NCBI RefSeq assembly: GCF_000143415.4
Contig: NW_003314281.1
Span: 1,403,882 to 1,467,881 of the forward strand
From: Selaginella moellendorffii
Taxonomy: Eukaryota > Plantae > Lycopodiophyta
Length of the DNA: 64,000 nt
Reading direction: 5' to 3'
Program-made: the position numbers and the translations under genes
Notes under the pieces: generated by a model
What the model was told of the DNA's origin: nothing
Database searches by the model: none
What the model saw: only the letters and a program-made list of their open reading frames with translations
Shown: positions 47,657 through 60,911 of the stretch, piece after piece
Layout: the number at the start of each line of letters is the position of its first letter
Position numbering within the stretch: the stretch's first letter is position 1

Positions 47657-49683
47657 ATGCCGCCGGGTAGCGATCGCAGCGATCGGAGCCATCGCGCAGC
47701 GGATGAAGCAGTGGGAGAACAGAATTCCAATCCCTGGGGAGCGCTTGTGGCAGTGTCGGAGAGCGCCAAGCAGCGCGATCGGGTAAGATTTCTCTTGTTC
47801 TCTCGAAATATTTCGATCGGCGCTCACGGCGCGCGGGGCTTGTTAGGCGGATATGATGCTATGGCGCCCGGAGCATATGCTGGGACGCACTGTCCGCGAG
47901 AAAGAGTTCCTCTTCTCCGAGCCAGGGATCAGCGGTCTACATTGCACGATTTCCAGGAGGAAAGCCGATGGGGAGGAAGGGTTTGTGACCTACATCAAAG
48001 ATTCGAGGTAAATAGAGCGCTCTTGAGCATCGCTTGATATGGAGTGTGTGAGTTCCAGCTTGAATGGAACCAATGTCAATGGCCGGAAGCTCACGAAGAA
48101 CGTGGAAGCAGTGCTCAAAGACGGGGACTTGGTGTCTCTGTTGTACGTGTCCAACCTTTACTCGTATCTCTATCGGGATCTCGCCTCGGCAAAGCGAAAG
48201 GCCGTTTCTGGGGAGAATGACGAGAACAAAAGGCCAAAGAAGGACAAAGGCATACAAATATGTGAACCTTTGGCGGCGCATGGTGGCACTCAGGTTGGTT
48301 GGCGATTGTTTTGCTGCTTGCTGAACTAGCGACTTTCTCAGGATGCGGGACTGGAGCTACGAACAGCGGAAGAGTACAAGATGAAGCTGGAAGAAGCCTT
48401 GCGAGAGTAAGACGAAATGCAAAAGTGTCGAGCTCCATCTGAGCGCTTAACTTGTTTTGCTGTGCAGAAATGCGGCGCTAACAGAAACGCTGGAGAAGAA
48501 ACTCCAAGAGGAAAAAGAGAAATGGGAAGATGAGAAGCGCAGAGAGGCGGAGGCTCTGGAACAAAAAACTGCAGATCTTACGAAGGCAATTAACAAGGAA
48601 AAAGGCCTTTCCGATTACCTCAAAGAGGTCTGCAGGAACGATCCAAAAAGTTTGTTAACTTTGCAAATTTTTACAGGAGCTGAGAAAGATCCGTCAGCGC
48701 ATCGACGAGATCCTGGAATACGCTGTAAGACTATTTCTCAAGGCTCTTGTGCTTCTAACTTTACAATGGTGTTTCTTTAGAGGAAGACGAACAATTCAAG
48801 CGATGGCGCTGAAAATGCTGCTTCTGTTGAGGGCCAGCTGAACGAACGCGACGCTTTAAGGTTCGATTGCTTCTTTCTTCCATACTGTTTTCTAATCTAC
48901 ACCGTCACCGTCACGACCAGGGAGATTCGAGTGAACGCGCGAGGATTGGATCCCGGGATGATGGAGGCCGTCGCAGGGCCCAGCAGATACAGGGGAGAAG
49001 ATTCTTCTGGTCTACCGGGAGCCGGAGCTGCTCACGGTGATGCTGCTTTGGACGTGCGTTACAAAGAAGTCAAGCTCACGACGAGCGAGAGCATGCCGTA
49101 CGTGCCTGAGGACTCGGACGAGGTGAGAAACAAGCTCCGGCGCGCCGCAGCACCACTCACGTCGGCCGACCTCCGAGCCAACGAGAGCTTGCCGGAGACG
49201 TCCAACGACGAAGAAGCGAATGTAGGAGGCCGGGGTGGCGAGAACCTGGCTTCAGTGGCTCCAGCGGCGGCACAGGCTACGAGAAGAGGTCGTCGTCACT
49301 CGTCCGACGTGAGATCCGACGCGAGATCACCGGTGCCGGGCGACGAGGTAGTTGGCCCGATGCCAGCCGAACAGGGACAGGGAGAAGATGTCGCTCTGGT
49401 GGAAGGCCCTCGTGTTCTCCAGGCAGGAGCTGGAGTTTTAGCGGCGGCGGCAGCACAGGCCGGGCACGGTGGCAGCCAAGTCGGGAACTCGGACACACAG
49501 CCAGGGGGTGCGCATCCCGTGGAAGAGCTGCTTGGATACAGCCAGACGCAGCAGCTCGAGGAATTCACGCAGTTTGGCCCAGCTCTCCCACAGCGTCCTC
49601 CTCGTCCACGCATGATTCAGGTACTCACGGAGGAAGCGCGAACTCTGCACAGGATCATCTTCCATGGACAAGAGATGCTGTAA
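47657..49683 (+). CDS. FHA-domain protein with coiled coil and disordered SQ/TQ-containing tail, multi-exon
   Basis: PWGALVAVS..LGR..ISGLHC..IKDSSLNGTNVNG..LKDGDLVSL (FHA core GR, SxxH, NG) followed by E/K-rich exons. The 3' exon structure is approximate. Confidence 0.78.
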
Positions 49684-51064
49684 GTACGATGCTCTAGGCG
49701 GCGGGATTTTGATCTGGTACCTCGTTTTGCTTTCGGTTGTTTCTTCCCTTCTTTTAGCAGACTGATCGGTGTGGTACATACTTCTTTATAACTTCTTTCA
49801 GCGAGATCGAAAAACGAACTTTACACAGCGGGATAGGACTGATGGGCTAAATGCCTTGATAATGAAAACGGTTTTGTAACTAATTAGTAGACGGTTTTCC
49901 GATTCATGGATATAGTTTTATTCGTAAATCTCGATGTAGTGCATTCGGTTATACTTTGTGCTCAAAACTATATTGTGGTGAGATTGGTATCCAGACCGTA
50001 ATCAACCTCGGGTTGCTCAGCCACAGCATCCTTGATCACTTGGCTTGATAATAGGGGGTATTGATTTATTAATATTTATAAATTTTGGTTACTATTTGGT
50101 CTACAATATAATGATAATGACAAATTGTGACCCACCTATGGTTTAAAAATCTTAATCACCATACAATACCGGTGATTTTATGCGACTAACGGTTGCCGTC
50201 TTTACAAGTACGAGTCTGCCCCACCAGTTTACAAATATTCTTGCAAATCCGACTGCAAAGAAGCTGATATTCAAGGGTCATGTATCCAACCGCATCATCG
50301 GCCCCTCTTTCTTGGACATTTCCGAGTGAGAAAGATTCAATTCTTCTTCTCCAGTCCGAGGTAGATAGATCGAAGATGATCGCCTCCTCTGTGGGACCTC
50401 CGTGAGCATGCTATGATGCACAAAGGCTCGTTTTTTGGGTCTCATCAGGATAGCGCCATTGTGCCCAGTTTTGATAAGCTTGGCTGGTAGTTGCCTTGTC
50501 TATAATTTGGCTTTTTTGTATTCGCATAGGATTTTAAGATGAACGGATTTCTCAAACTTCCCATTCTGTGTTGCCTACTATTATTCACAACTGTTCTTAT
50601 TCTTTTGCTCTTTTGCAGCCTTGGTTTTGACGGTGACAAATTGGCTTTTGTTCTGGTAACAGGCAAAACTACAAGTTTTCAGCATTTGCTTTAAAAATGC
50701 TTTCTTACTGAGCTAGTTTAATTATTGAGTTTTTAAAGCTAGATTTACTGATATTTGTTAGCTAACCAGAAATGCAAAAAAATATTAAAATGAAAACCAC
50801 AGCAATCAAGCTGTGCTAAATGCGAAGCTCAATAATTTTGATATTTTATATCATTATGGAGTATACAATTCTTCTATTGTAAAACTATTTTATGTAAAGC
50901 TGTAAGAATAACGTCCATCATCAATCAAAATCAAGAAAAATATATATTTATCTTTAATATTTTTATCACAATATGCTTCTACTGTAAATTTTGACTTCAG
51001 AGAAAATATACCTATCTGATTAAGCTAACAACAAGGAAAATTAATTAATGACAGAAACTATATT

Positions 51065-52869
51065 CCCACATTCTAAGCACTCACATTAGTGGAAGTGAGG
51101 GGTCTTAAAATTTGTCCCTGGAGGGCAAAGTTTTTTGATGGTATAAATCCACTTTAAGAAAAGAGAATATTAAATTTTGTAATAGAAATATAATAAGGAA
51201 AATTTTAAATAAGCTAAGATTAAATTTTAACTTAAAGAAAAGTCAAGCTTTAAAATTTCACTAACATTTCTATCTTAATTTCACCTTATAAATAAAAAAT
51301 AATATTAACAATTGGGGAAAAGGGGGTGCACTTTTTTAGCATTTGGATTGGGATGGTTATTTACCGTCTTTTCGATATATATATGTTATAGGGGTGCAGA
51401 GTTCTATTGGTGCTTCACCATATAAACTCTTATATGGTCATGATCCAATATTATCAACAGAGTTGCCTTTACCTTCGCGATTGCAACGAGCTGCCAATGC
51501 TAGGTCGTGGGATTAGTATTTGACGAGCATCCTTCCACTGGTCCGAGCAGAGTCTGCCGAACACTTAGGCCGTGTACAAGTGGGACAACAACGGCAGTAC
51601 AGCTCCTATCATCATCCACCTGCAGAATACAAAATGGATGATTTGGTGTTAGTCTGTTTTCCCCATCTTACGGTACGTGGTTTATTTAAGGGGCTCCTTG
51701 TGCAGTGGAAAGGACCGTATCGAGTGTTGTGGCAAGTTGGACCACAAGTTTATGAGGTTCGGCATGACATCTAGCAGGCCAATCCTCTAGAAATTATGTA
51801 TGTGCAGTAGTTGAAATGCTTCATATAAAGGGATCAGGAGCAATTAATACCACCTACAGATCTACCGATGCCTCCTCCTAACGTTCCTGTAGATCCCGAC
51901 TCATCTACAAGAGAACCCTAATGGTCTTCCATTATTCTAAGAGGAGGGGATGATGTGAGGGCCAAGTGTACGGCTACGATGCTATATACTAATATTAGCG
52001 TAGTAGCCTTCTCTTGATGAGGTTCGCGAGGCTTAACAGATTGAGCCGTGGATTCGAAGGCTTCGAGATGGGTTTGAGAATCCTGCATCACTTGCTGATG
52101 ACTTGCCTTTCCGGCATTTACATTCTCAATATCGCCTTGAAGATGGCTTTCTTTATTTTGTGGGGACGGATCCTGATGATCATTTACAACTGATGGTGCT
52201 TTCTATCTTTATTCTAAAGTTTCTCCATGCCTACCATGATTCTCCTATTCTAGGTGGGCATATGGGACATTGTCGTGTAACTGAGAAGCTGCGCAGGTCT
52301 TTCTATTAGCCGGAGATGCGACGTGATATTATCCGGTATATGCGTAGCTGCGTTTGGTGCCAAGCTCATAATACTCCCCCTCGGGCTGCAAAAGGACGGT
52401 TGGAGTCAATTTCAGTTTCCCGTTCATTTGAGTTAGTGGTCTTTGATCTTATGGGACCTTTTCCACGGTCAACTACTGGCAATGAGTATGTTATTGTTGC
52501 TTCTGACTACTTGACTCGTTGGGTGAAAGTTAGTGCTCTTGCTAGTGCCTCTACAACTGCTGTTAGATACTTCCTCCTCAATCATGTGGTGTTCTATCAT
52601 TTTTGTCTAGAGCGGATTCTTTTGGATAATGGTCCCGCATTTATGGCTGAGTCATTTCATGTTTTGACATCTCGGTTGGGGATACGCCACACTTTCACGA
52701 GTGCTTATCATCCATAATTAGACAATCTGGTGGAATGGCTCGTTCGGACATTCAAGGGGATGATTGCGAAGTATGTGAACTTGTTCATAGGCCCTTTTTT
52801 TTCTATATTTGAACCCCTATGAATCGTCTCTCGAGTTGTTCCCTTTGGTCTTACAGTTTGATTTAAAAT

Positions 52870-52905
<36 letters not shown>

Positions 52906-53046
52906 TATATATATCTGTGTGTCTGTGTGTGTGTGTCTGTGTGTGTGAGTGCTTGGAATATGGAAAGGGAATACAGAAAATATGCATATCAATTAACCCA
53001 AAAACCCTAGCTTATATACAAGAGCGAATGGTCCGGATTGAAACCA
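51065..53046 (+). mobile_element. Scrambled remnants of the 20241-type gypsy family (LTR end and PBS, integrase C-terminus, PPT, partial LTR, integrase core, inverted LTR piece)
   Basis: tgtgagggccaagtgtacggctacg at 51954 follows a PPT. Integrase H..GH..CVWC and DLMGPFP..DYLTRW motifs are present, with a reverse LTR fragment at 52943-53046. Confidence 0.82.
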
Positions 53047-53819
53047 GTATGAAGAAGAAAGTACACATTTGGGATAGTTATAATGTTTAATGGATAATAG
53101 TTGATGCAAAATTGAATATTCCCATTATAATTTATTATAATGTAAGCCACAAATTTTTCCTTTCCAATTTGCTAGCTTACCTCGTCTATCTGACCAACTC
53201 TGCTTCGGCTTGTGCTAAGTTCCCTCGCCAAGGTTCTCGCCTATGGTACCAGCTCCTACTTGGTCCTACTTGGTTTCAACTACTCACTGCATAAGCAACG
53301 GAGTGTTAGCTATCCATCTACGGATTCCCAAATCTCTCCCAATCCCCCTCCCCGAGTTAGACTGGACTTAAGGTTCCACTACACTCCCCACAGGCACAAG
53401 CAGCCAAGCACACCAAGCCTCCAGATTCCTAACACCCCTTGGTACCACAAGGCTTGATCATGGGACCCTCTAAATCCCAAGCCTTGGGTGCAGCACTTGC
53501 TTCGGGACGTCGGGGCGAAACACCGTGGCCTAACGGCCCGGTATGGGTACCTCAACCCCCCCACTTCCATCCCGAAGGGAAGGCCCAAGCCCCTAGGAAG
53601 GGCAAGGACCAATGAGCCACAAGGTACTCAAGTGGGGCACCACTCCACATGAGNNNNNNNNNNNNNNNNNNNNNNNNNNNNNNNNNNNNNNNNNNNNNNN
53701 NNNNNNNNNNNNNNNNNNNNNNNNNNNNNNNNNNNNNNNNNNNNNNNNNNNNNCCCCCCCCCCCCCCCCCCGGGAGACACACGCTTTGGGCTTTCACCCC
53801 TTGAGTTGTATTAGTATGT

Positions 53820-54092
53820 GGACTTAGTCTCAGAATCGATCTCAGACTCGATCTCGGACCCAACTTCGGACTCAGTCTCGAACTCGATCTTGGACTCGAT
53901 CTCGGACCCGATCTCGGACTCGACTTCGGACTCGACCTCGGACTCGGTCTTGGACCCGATTTGGATCTCGGACTCCGTCTCGAACTTGGTCTCGAACTCG
54001 GTCTCGATCTCAGTCTCCGATTCGGCCTCGGCTTGATCCCGGACCCTATCTCGAACTCGGTCTCAGAGTCGGTCTTGGACTCGATTTTCGAC
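53820..54092. repeat. Degenerate hexamer tandem array (CTCGRA/CTCGRT), probably part of another LTR-type insertion (about 53290-54182)
   Basis: Repeated ctcgga/ctcgat/ctcgaa units. The GC-rich segment ends in ..TTACA next to AT-rich retroelement debris. Confidence 0.75.
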
Positions 54093-54189
54093 TTGGTCCC
54101 ATCCGATAAACTCTTTGTCATTTCGGTCAAGCTTTCGGGGATCTTTTAGCCTACGACATCTCGGGGAGTCGGTTCCTTACACATAAGAT

Positions 54190-57000
54190 ATGATTCATAT
54201 ATGAAATATATTTGTCACATGCCTAATAACCATTTCTTTCTCTAAGGTCCTTATTACCCAAAGTCTTTTAGACTTTTGGGCAACACCTTTTTCTAACATT
54301 TCCTTGATATTTATCTGTAATATTTTAATGTACTTTAATGATTGACTTTGAGTAGAAATCTTGACTAAATGAACATCCCTAGTTAGAATAGGATGATAAA
54401 TTGCAATCTTAGACCTAGTTGATAGGTCAAAATCAAAGAGATCAATATACTTCTGCTCTAGTTGATTAATTATTGCAACATAAAAACTATATAAGGGATT
54501 TAAAGAGGGAATAAAAAATCAAGAAAGAAAAATAGATAAGGAGACAAAAGTGGTAGAAGTAAAAATGAACCCTAAATATCACAAAATGATGCATTTTTAT
54601 TATAGACCTTTTCTGTTTATATTTAAACCCTTATGGATCATCTTTTGAATCCCTTTGGTTGCTTACATTATAAGTGTTTTTGAATTTGAATAGTACTAAG
54701 CTAAGTGACCTCCCAAAAAGTCCAAATTCAAGAGTTTACATTTGGTATCAGATAGGTCTTGGATCCGACTTTATTGGCTAAGTAGTGAAATCACACTAAG
54801 TTCAAAAGTTTACAAGTAGAAGTAAAAGGATAATATAGGATAAAAATGAGAAAAATGGAAGAGAGAAGAAAGAATATAAGATAAGAGGGAGAAATTTCAA
54901 AATTACATTTGGTATAATTGTGTTACCACTAATCTATATTAAAGATAAGGTCAAAAGCTTGACTTGGCATCACTTAAAATGATTGAAGCTTAAAGCTTGA
55001 GATCATCTATACACACAACCCTCATATAATGCCACTATAAATGGTAACATATGGCGATAGAGTGAGCAATAAAAGATTAAATGCATGTATATGATTGTTG
55101 CCATAATGAATGAAAATTAACTTTCGTTTAATGCAACTATAGATGGCAATAAACTAAAAAAGAAACCTTAAAGTTTAGCATATACTAAAGATGAGGTCAA
55201 AAGCTTGACTTAGCACCATTTACAACAATTAAAGCTTAAAGCTTAAGATCATCTATACATACAACTAAGTCCTCCTTAAATGTATATATATGGTTGTTGC
55301 CATAATGAATGAAAACTATAGATGGCAACAAATTGAGCAATAGAAGATTAACTCAAACAGTATTTATTAATACAAAGAAGATAATAGAGATTCTTAAACC
55401 AGAATGAAAATTAGCTCTTGTACAATGTAATTATAAATGGCAACATGTGACAATAGGTTGAGTAATAGAGGATTAACTCAAACCAATATTGATCAATATA
55501 AAGAGGACCTTTTGCTATAAAAATTTGAAAAGTGAACTAAATAAATTAGTGCTAAATAAACCCTTTGATGGTACTTTTAAAAGAAGGATGGAGGGGTCAT
55601 TCATTTATTCATGCAAGGACCTCCACTACTTGCTTTTTATTTCCTAGAAGAATCTTTATGTTAATATTTTCCACCTCAACAACACTAACAAGATGTTATT
55701 AACACCAAAACCTTCACCCAAGAAATGGAAGATGTTATTCTAGGAAACCTTGACAATGTCAATACATATGATAAATAATATCACACGTCTATTAGTAAAC
55801 ATCATGGATGTGATTACATTTTCATTGCCCTTGAATACAAGTAGCAATAACATCAATTTCATCATAACAAAAGCATCTTCCATGGGAAATAGAGTTGAAA
55901 CATATACAATTACAAATGGGAAAGGTGATGTTTTATAACATTATATCAGTCAAAGAACTTCGTTAAGGATGGCTAGGGAAAATGTATGCACAAGTCCCAT
56001 AAAATTTTAATGAAATGTTAATTACATGATTCTAACTTAATTTGCTCCAAAATATTTGGCTTTGCATGAAATAAGAGGCTTTAGAAGCAAAGACTAAATT
56101 ATATAATTAACTCAGATAACCCTTGATGAAAATAATGCAATTGTTAAAAAGGCATTATCATAGTTGTTAACATGTCTAAATGTACACTTAAAGATATTTG
56201 GGAAAATGCTTTAATTCATATGAGTGGCTACATATAATACCACCCTTTAGAGACATATGGGAAACTTATGCAGATATGGGTATCATCTCAAGAATGATAG
56301 CTGGAAATCACTATAAAGTGATCAAATTAATAACACACATTATATCCAAAACTCCCATGAAAGAAATTTGGTCAAATGCAAGGATTGGTTAAAAAAGCAC
56401 CATATGCTATGATTGCCGCTATCAATTGAGTTTAATTATTCATCTATAATTGTAGAGCATCAAGCAACTGCACCAATTGTTACTCTAAAGTCAAAAAAAG
56501 ATGTATAAATGACAAAAAGGAAAAAGAAAAAAGGAATACATAGAAAAGTTATAAGAATAAAAGAAATCTAGATAACACAAAAGTTATATTAAAACCAAAA
56601 ACACAAATCCAAACACTCCTTAGGGATAATCAAAATTTCCCTTTATCTTCATCATTATGAGTATAGAAATATATATATTCAATTAACCCAAAAACCATAG
56701 TTTATATATAAAAGTGACTGATTTGGATTGAAACCAATTTAATAGTTATCAACTACTATATTAATAATAGTATATAGGATGATAGTCATACACCTGATCT
56801 CATATCATCTTTTTCTCTTAAAAGGATTAAAAGCAGTTAAGGTGCTTTTGTTGATGGGTCAGGATTTAAAAGAACATCAAGAGGAGGCATTCATAGATTT
56901 ATAAGTGGTGTAATTTGTTTTTAATTCATATATATAAAACTGTTATATATGCATAATTTTTAGAGGATCAGTATGTTGAATATTGCACTAAAGTTCATAA
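54190..57000 (-). mobile_element. Highly decayed AT-shifted copy of the 20241-type gypsy family (integrase end, PPT, LTR, PBS, gag, 5' pol)
   Basis: Collinear similarity to 24340-27628, for example gatggaggggtca at 55587 and aattaacccaaaaacc at 56681. 56800-57000 matches the reverse complement of 51760-51955. Confidence 0.75.
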
Positions 57001-58386
57001 CTGATTTATGACATATATTTAAAAAATCAATATTAAATAATATTACAATAATAACTAAAGTGAGAAAATGATTAAAATATCTGTTTTGTGCTTATAAATT
57101 TACAAATTTATTTTACATATTTTAATATAAAAATGCTAAAATTTAAATCATAGAAATAAATAAACCACTTATAAGAGGATAAGATTAATATTGGTTTATT
57201 TATACTTATGATAAAGAATAACAGGATAAGATTCCTGGGATAAGAGCATAATCATATCCTCTTATCTATTAAACTGATTAATATTAAACCAATATTAATC
57301 TTAATTGTAGGAGACAATAATAGTATACTTCACACAAAGTGTTAGCTACGTTGACAGGGTGTTATGGTGATAAATGTTTTAAGATGTCTTGACTCTTCAT
57401 ATTTTAATAATAATATATTAATATATTTATGATTTATAAATTTTAATCATTTTAATCTTTTTGGTTTGCTTAAGCAAACATGTAAGGACTGAGGTGGTAG
57501 TGGATATACTTAGAATATGTGTGAATATTCTGGGATATTCTATCATCTAAAGGTTGTTATTCATTTAGAATGATTTTGTCTTTATAATTTATAAAATTTC
57601 TTCGAAAATTTCTAGTATCTTCTAGTTTATTCTACAATCTATCTGTTGATATGCAATAAGATTAATATTTTATTTATAAATTATAAACATGTTTATAATT
57701 TTAAACTTCTGATTAATTAATTGAATTAATGAATCATACTAGATATTATATTATATCCCAAAAGACATAATTGCTCACTCAATGTATTCTTCATATATTA
57801 ATATGTTTAAAATTTATATATTTATATATTTTTTAGCTAATGGTTAAATTGTAAAACTTTATATTAAAAGTTAAATTATATAAGGTTTCATAGGAAAAAA
57901 TAAACATGAGCATGTGCAGGGATTTATCTCTCCTCTCTTCAAGCTTTGTTAGGACTGTGCATGATAGCTTATCTCTAGCATACCTTGAGACTCTTTTCCT
58001 TTAAGTATATGGTTTCCAATATCATGGATAGAATTTCCTTTGTTAATCTCTATGAGAAAAGCTAGAGCTCTTGGATTCGATTACTTTCCATACTCTTAAG
58101 CTATAGTCTGTCACGCTTGCACCACAGGAACTAGTGAACTCTCAACTCTTTGCGTTAAATTCTATTTTCGAGAGTTCCTACTGGAAGTAGCCGTCCACCG
58201 CATGGAGGTATCTTCCTTGATCGCAGCTGGATTCCACACCTTCTCTTTAATCGTGGAGAAGAAAGATGGATTGTAAAACTCCATTCTTCCCGTTCGCAAC
58301 ATGGCTCGTTCATCCCTAACACCCGTTTACAACCTTTCTTGAAATTAAATAATGCAAACTATTAGGGTTTTTGCTAATAGGGGGGA

Positions 58387-59083
58387 ATGGCGCTGGCTGG
58401 GGCTGCAGCGATGGCGCTCGCACCTCGAATGCGGCCAGGGAGTCTTGGATTTTCGCGCAGCTGGAGCGGCCACCGTCTGAGAGCAATGTGCTCGATTGAG
58501 CGCGTGAACAAGACGGAAGAGGAATGGAGAGCCGTGCTGAATAGCGAGCAATTCCGGATATTGCGAATGAAAGGAACCGAGTAAGGTGTTTTTGGATAAT
58601 ATTTCCCATAGGCGATGCTGCATCTTTCTTGCATGATTCTACATGAGATTTCCTTTGGCGATACTGTGTTCTTGGCGGGACGACAAATTATGATAGTCTT
58701 TGTCTGTGACTGTGCAGGATGCCAGGGAGTGGCGAGTACAACAAGTTCTACAAGGACGGAGTGTACAACTGCGGGGGCTGCGGAACACCGCTCTACAAAT
58801 CGACAGCAAAGTTTGATTCCGGATGTGGATGGCCAGCGTTTTTCGAGGGTCTTCCCGGAGCAATCAACAGAACAGTGAGCACTTTAGCTGTAGGCAGCAC
58901 CGAGAAATGTGTTTTCCAATGCAGGTAGACGCTGATGGCTATCGCACTGAGATTACGTGTGCTGCTTGTGGAGGACACCTCGGTCACGTCTTCAAAGGCG
59001 AGGGGTTTCCAACTCCGACGAACGAGCGCCACTGCGTGAATAGCATATCGCTCAAATTCGCTCCGGGCGACCAGGACAAGTGA
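58387..59083 (+). CDS. MSRB: Peptide methionine-R-sulfoxide reductase B with transit-peptide-like N-terminus, 3 exons
   Basis: [58 protein letters not shown] and RHCVNS. Confidence 0.95.
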
Positions 59084-60911
59084 GCTGTGTGGATGGCTTC
59101 TGCCAGGTACGCTCTCGAGCTCTGTTTTGTTAAGAAAAAACCAATTTTTGTTGGTACTTCTGCAGGTGACGGAAGTGGATTGTATTTGTCTGGAAAAATA
59201 AAAATCCCTCGTTTGTGGAAACGCTGTATTCGCTATTCACTGCAAGTTGCATAGATTTTTTGTCGTCGTTTATCCGAGGACGAGGCAAGGTCTTTTGCGG
59301 TGGACAGATGCCGACAAAATGCATTTCCAGTAAGAAATTCTCGCTGCTTTTGCAGTTTGATACCGCACTGAGATCATGCGTGGAGGAGGACAAAGTGGCA
59401 ACGCTTTCTTCTAACATTTTGAAGGCTGTAGAATAAAAACAGGTAATCTAGAATGGGACCCTCTATATTCCTCTCTACCGAGCTCCTGTGAATATTTTCC
59501 TGGTTGTTTTCTAACAGCAAACGAACACGTGCACGATTTGGAGATAGCGAAATCCCTCCTCGGGTGAAGTCGGGCTATCCTTACGCAGTGTTCGTGTTAC
59601 CACCTTTTGGAAACTTAGAGATCATGCTGGTTTTGTGCAGGTTTGACGAGGCAGTGGCGCAAAAGAAATCGACTGTGGTCCGTAATTGCATATTCTGGTT
59701 CGGTACTTGGATCCGCCTTTTGCTGCTTGTCTAAGATAACTCGGCGTTTTTCTCAGATTGGCGAAGAAAAGCAATGACGGGTCACATCTCAGCTCTCCTG
59801 TTACAATAAAGAAGAACACACGAGAATGTAACTGGAAAGCGATTGGGTACGAAAGCGTAGGCCACGCGAACGAACTTCCAACAGCGTTTCTCGGAATGTC
59901 AACGGAAGAGCCATGATAAACAGAGCCTCTACAGGTAAGATCCTTTCATGGCGTGGGATTTTGCTTGACTAAGTATATAGCCAGTGCGTGAGGCTACCTC
60001 CTTTCTTTCTAGACTCTTGTGATATGACTTGGTTGTCTTCCTACCAACAGGTAACAACATCAGGTCTCGCACAAGAAACAAAAGCAAAGGCGTGATGCAA
60101 CAGCAACAGGTGCAATCTCTCACTTTGATTTAGTTTTTCTAACGTCTTGAGCTTGTGGTCTTCTTTCCAGACGCGGACGGGTATCTCGCAGCATGAAATC
60201 CAATTTGGAAAAATCTATTCGCTAAGCAAAGGATCTGCGTAATCTTTGGCACCCCAAACAAGGAAAGGTTCGTGTTTGCAGATCGTATCGTATTTGGATG
60301 AACAGGGATAACATGAGGTTTGCAGCGTTGATCAGCCGATGACATAATCTCGCAACATCGAGGCCAAGAACCACAGTGGAACAAAAAAGATCTCTCGGCC
60401 GAGAGAAGAGATACCTATGGCTGCGCATAGGTGAACGCTCAATAGCATGCTGATGCAATCTACAGGCCTACAAGCGCAAAAAAAAAAAAAAAAAGAAGAG
60501 GAAAACCACGCACTCAGTGCCGTGCTTTTCAACATAAATACTCTCCCAGTGCCTCCGCTGTATCACCAAAACGACCACCTTTGGCGCTTCGAGAGAGGTG
60601 AGTTGAGCTGCATTGCACTCTCACATCTTCTAAAAATCTCTCTTTTCTTGTTGCAAGATCGCCACAGCGCTCGCATCTCTCCTGTGTCAGAGCTGAAAGA
60701 AGAATCTTTGTGTGGCGAGAAGAAGTGGCCAACGTTTTTAAGCGTGTGTACGTAGAGCTTGATTTCCTGGTTTCGTGCGTAAGATGGCGCCGTGAAGCTC
60801 TCTCTTCTCTTCGCTGGATCGATCGATCAAATTCTCAGTGATCTTTCTTTCTCTCATTCTCCCTCGAGAGGAGACGATCGTCCAAGAGAAAGGAGGAGAA
60901 GATCGAAGATC

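Noticed and set aside
49900-50660. Moderately GC-rich patches (also 57950-58310) that might be gene fragments
   Set aside because: I could not identify any motif, consistent splice structure or sizeable ORF.
53552-54130. Ser/Arg/Pro-rich ORF resembling an SR protein
   Set aside because: It is the product of a hexamer array spanning a gap, with no RRM or other domain.
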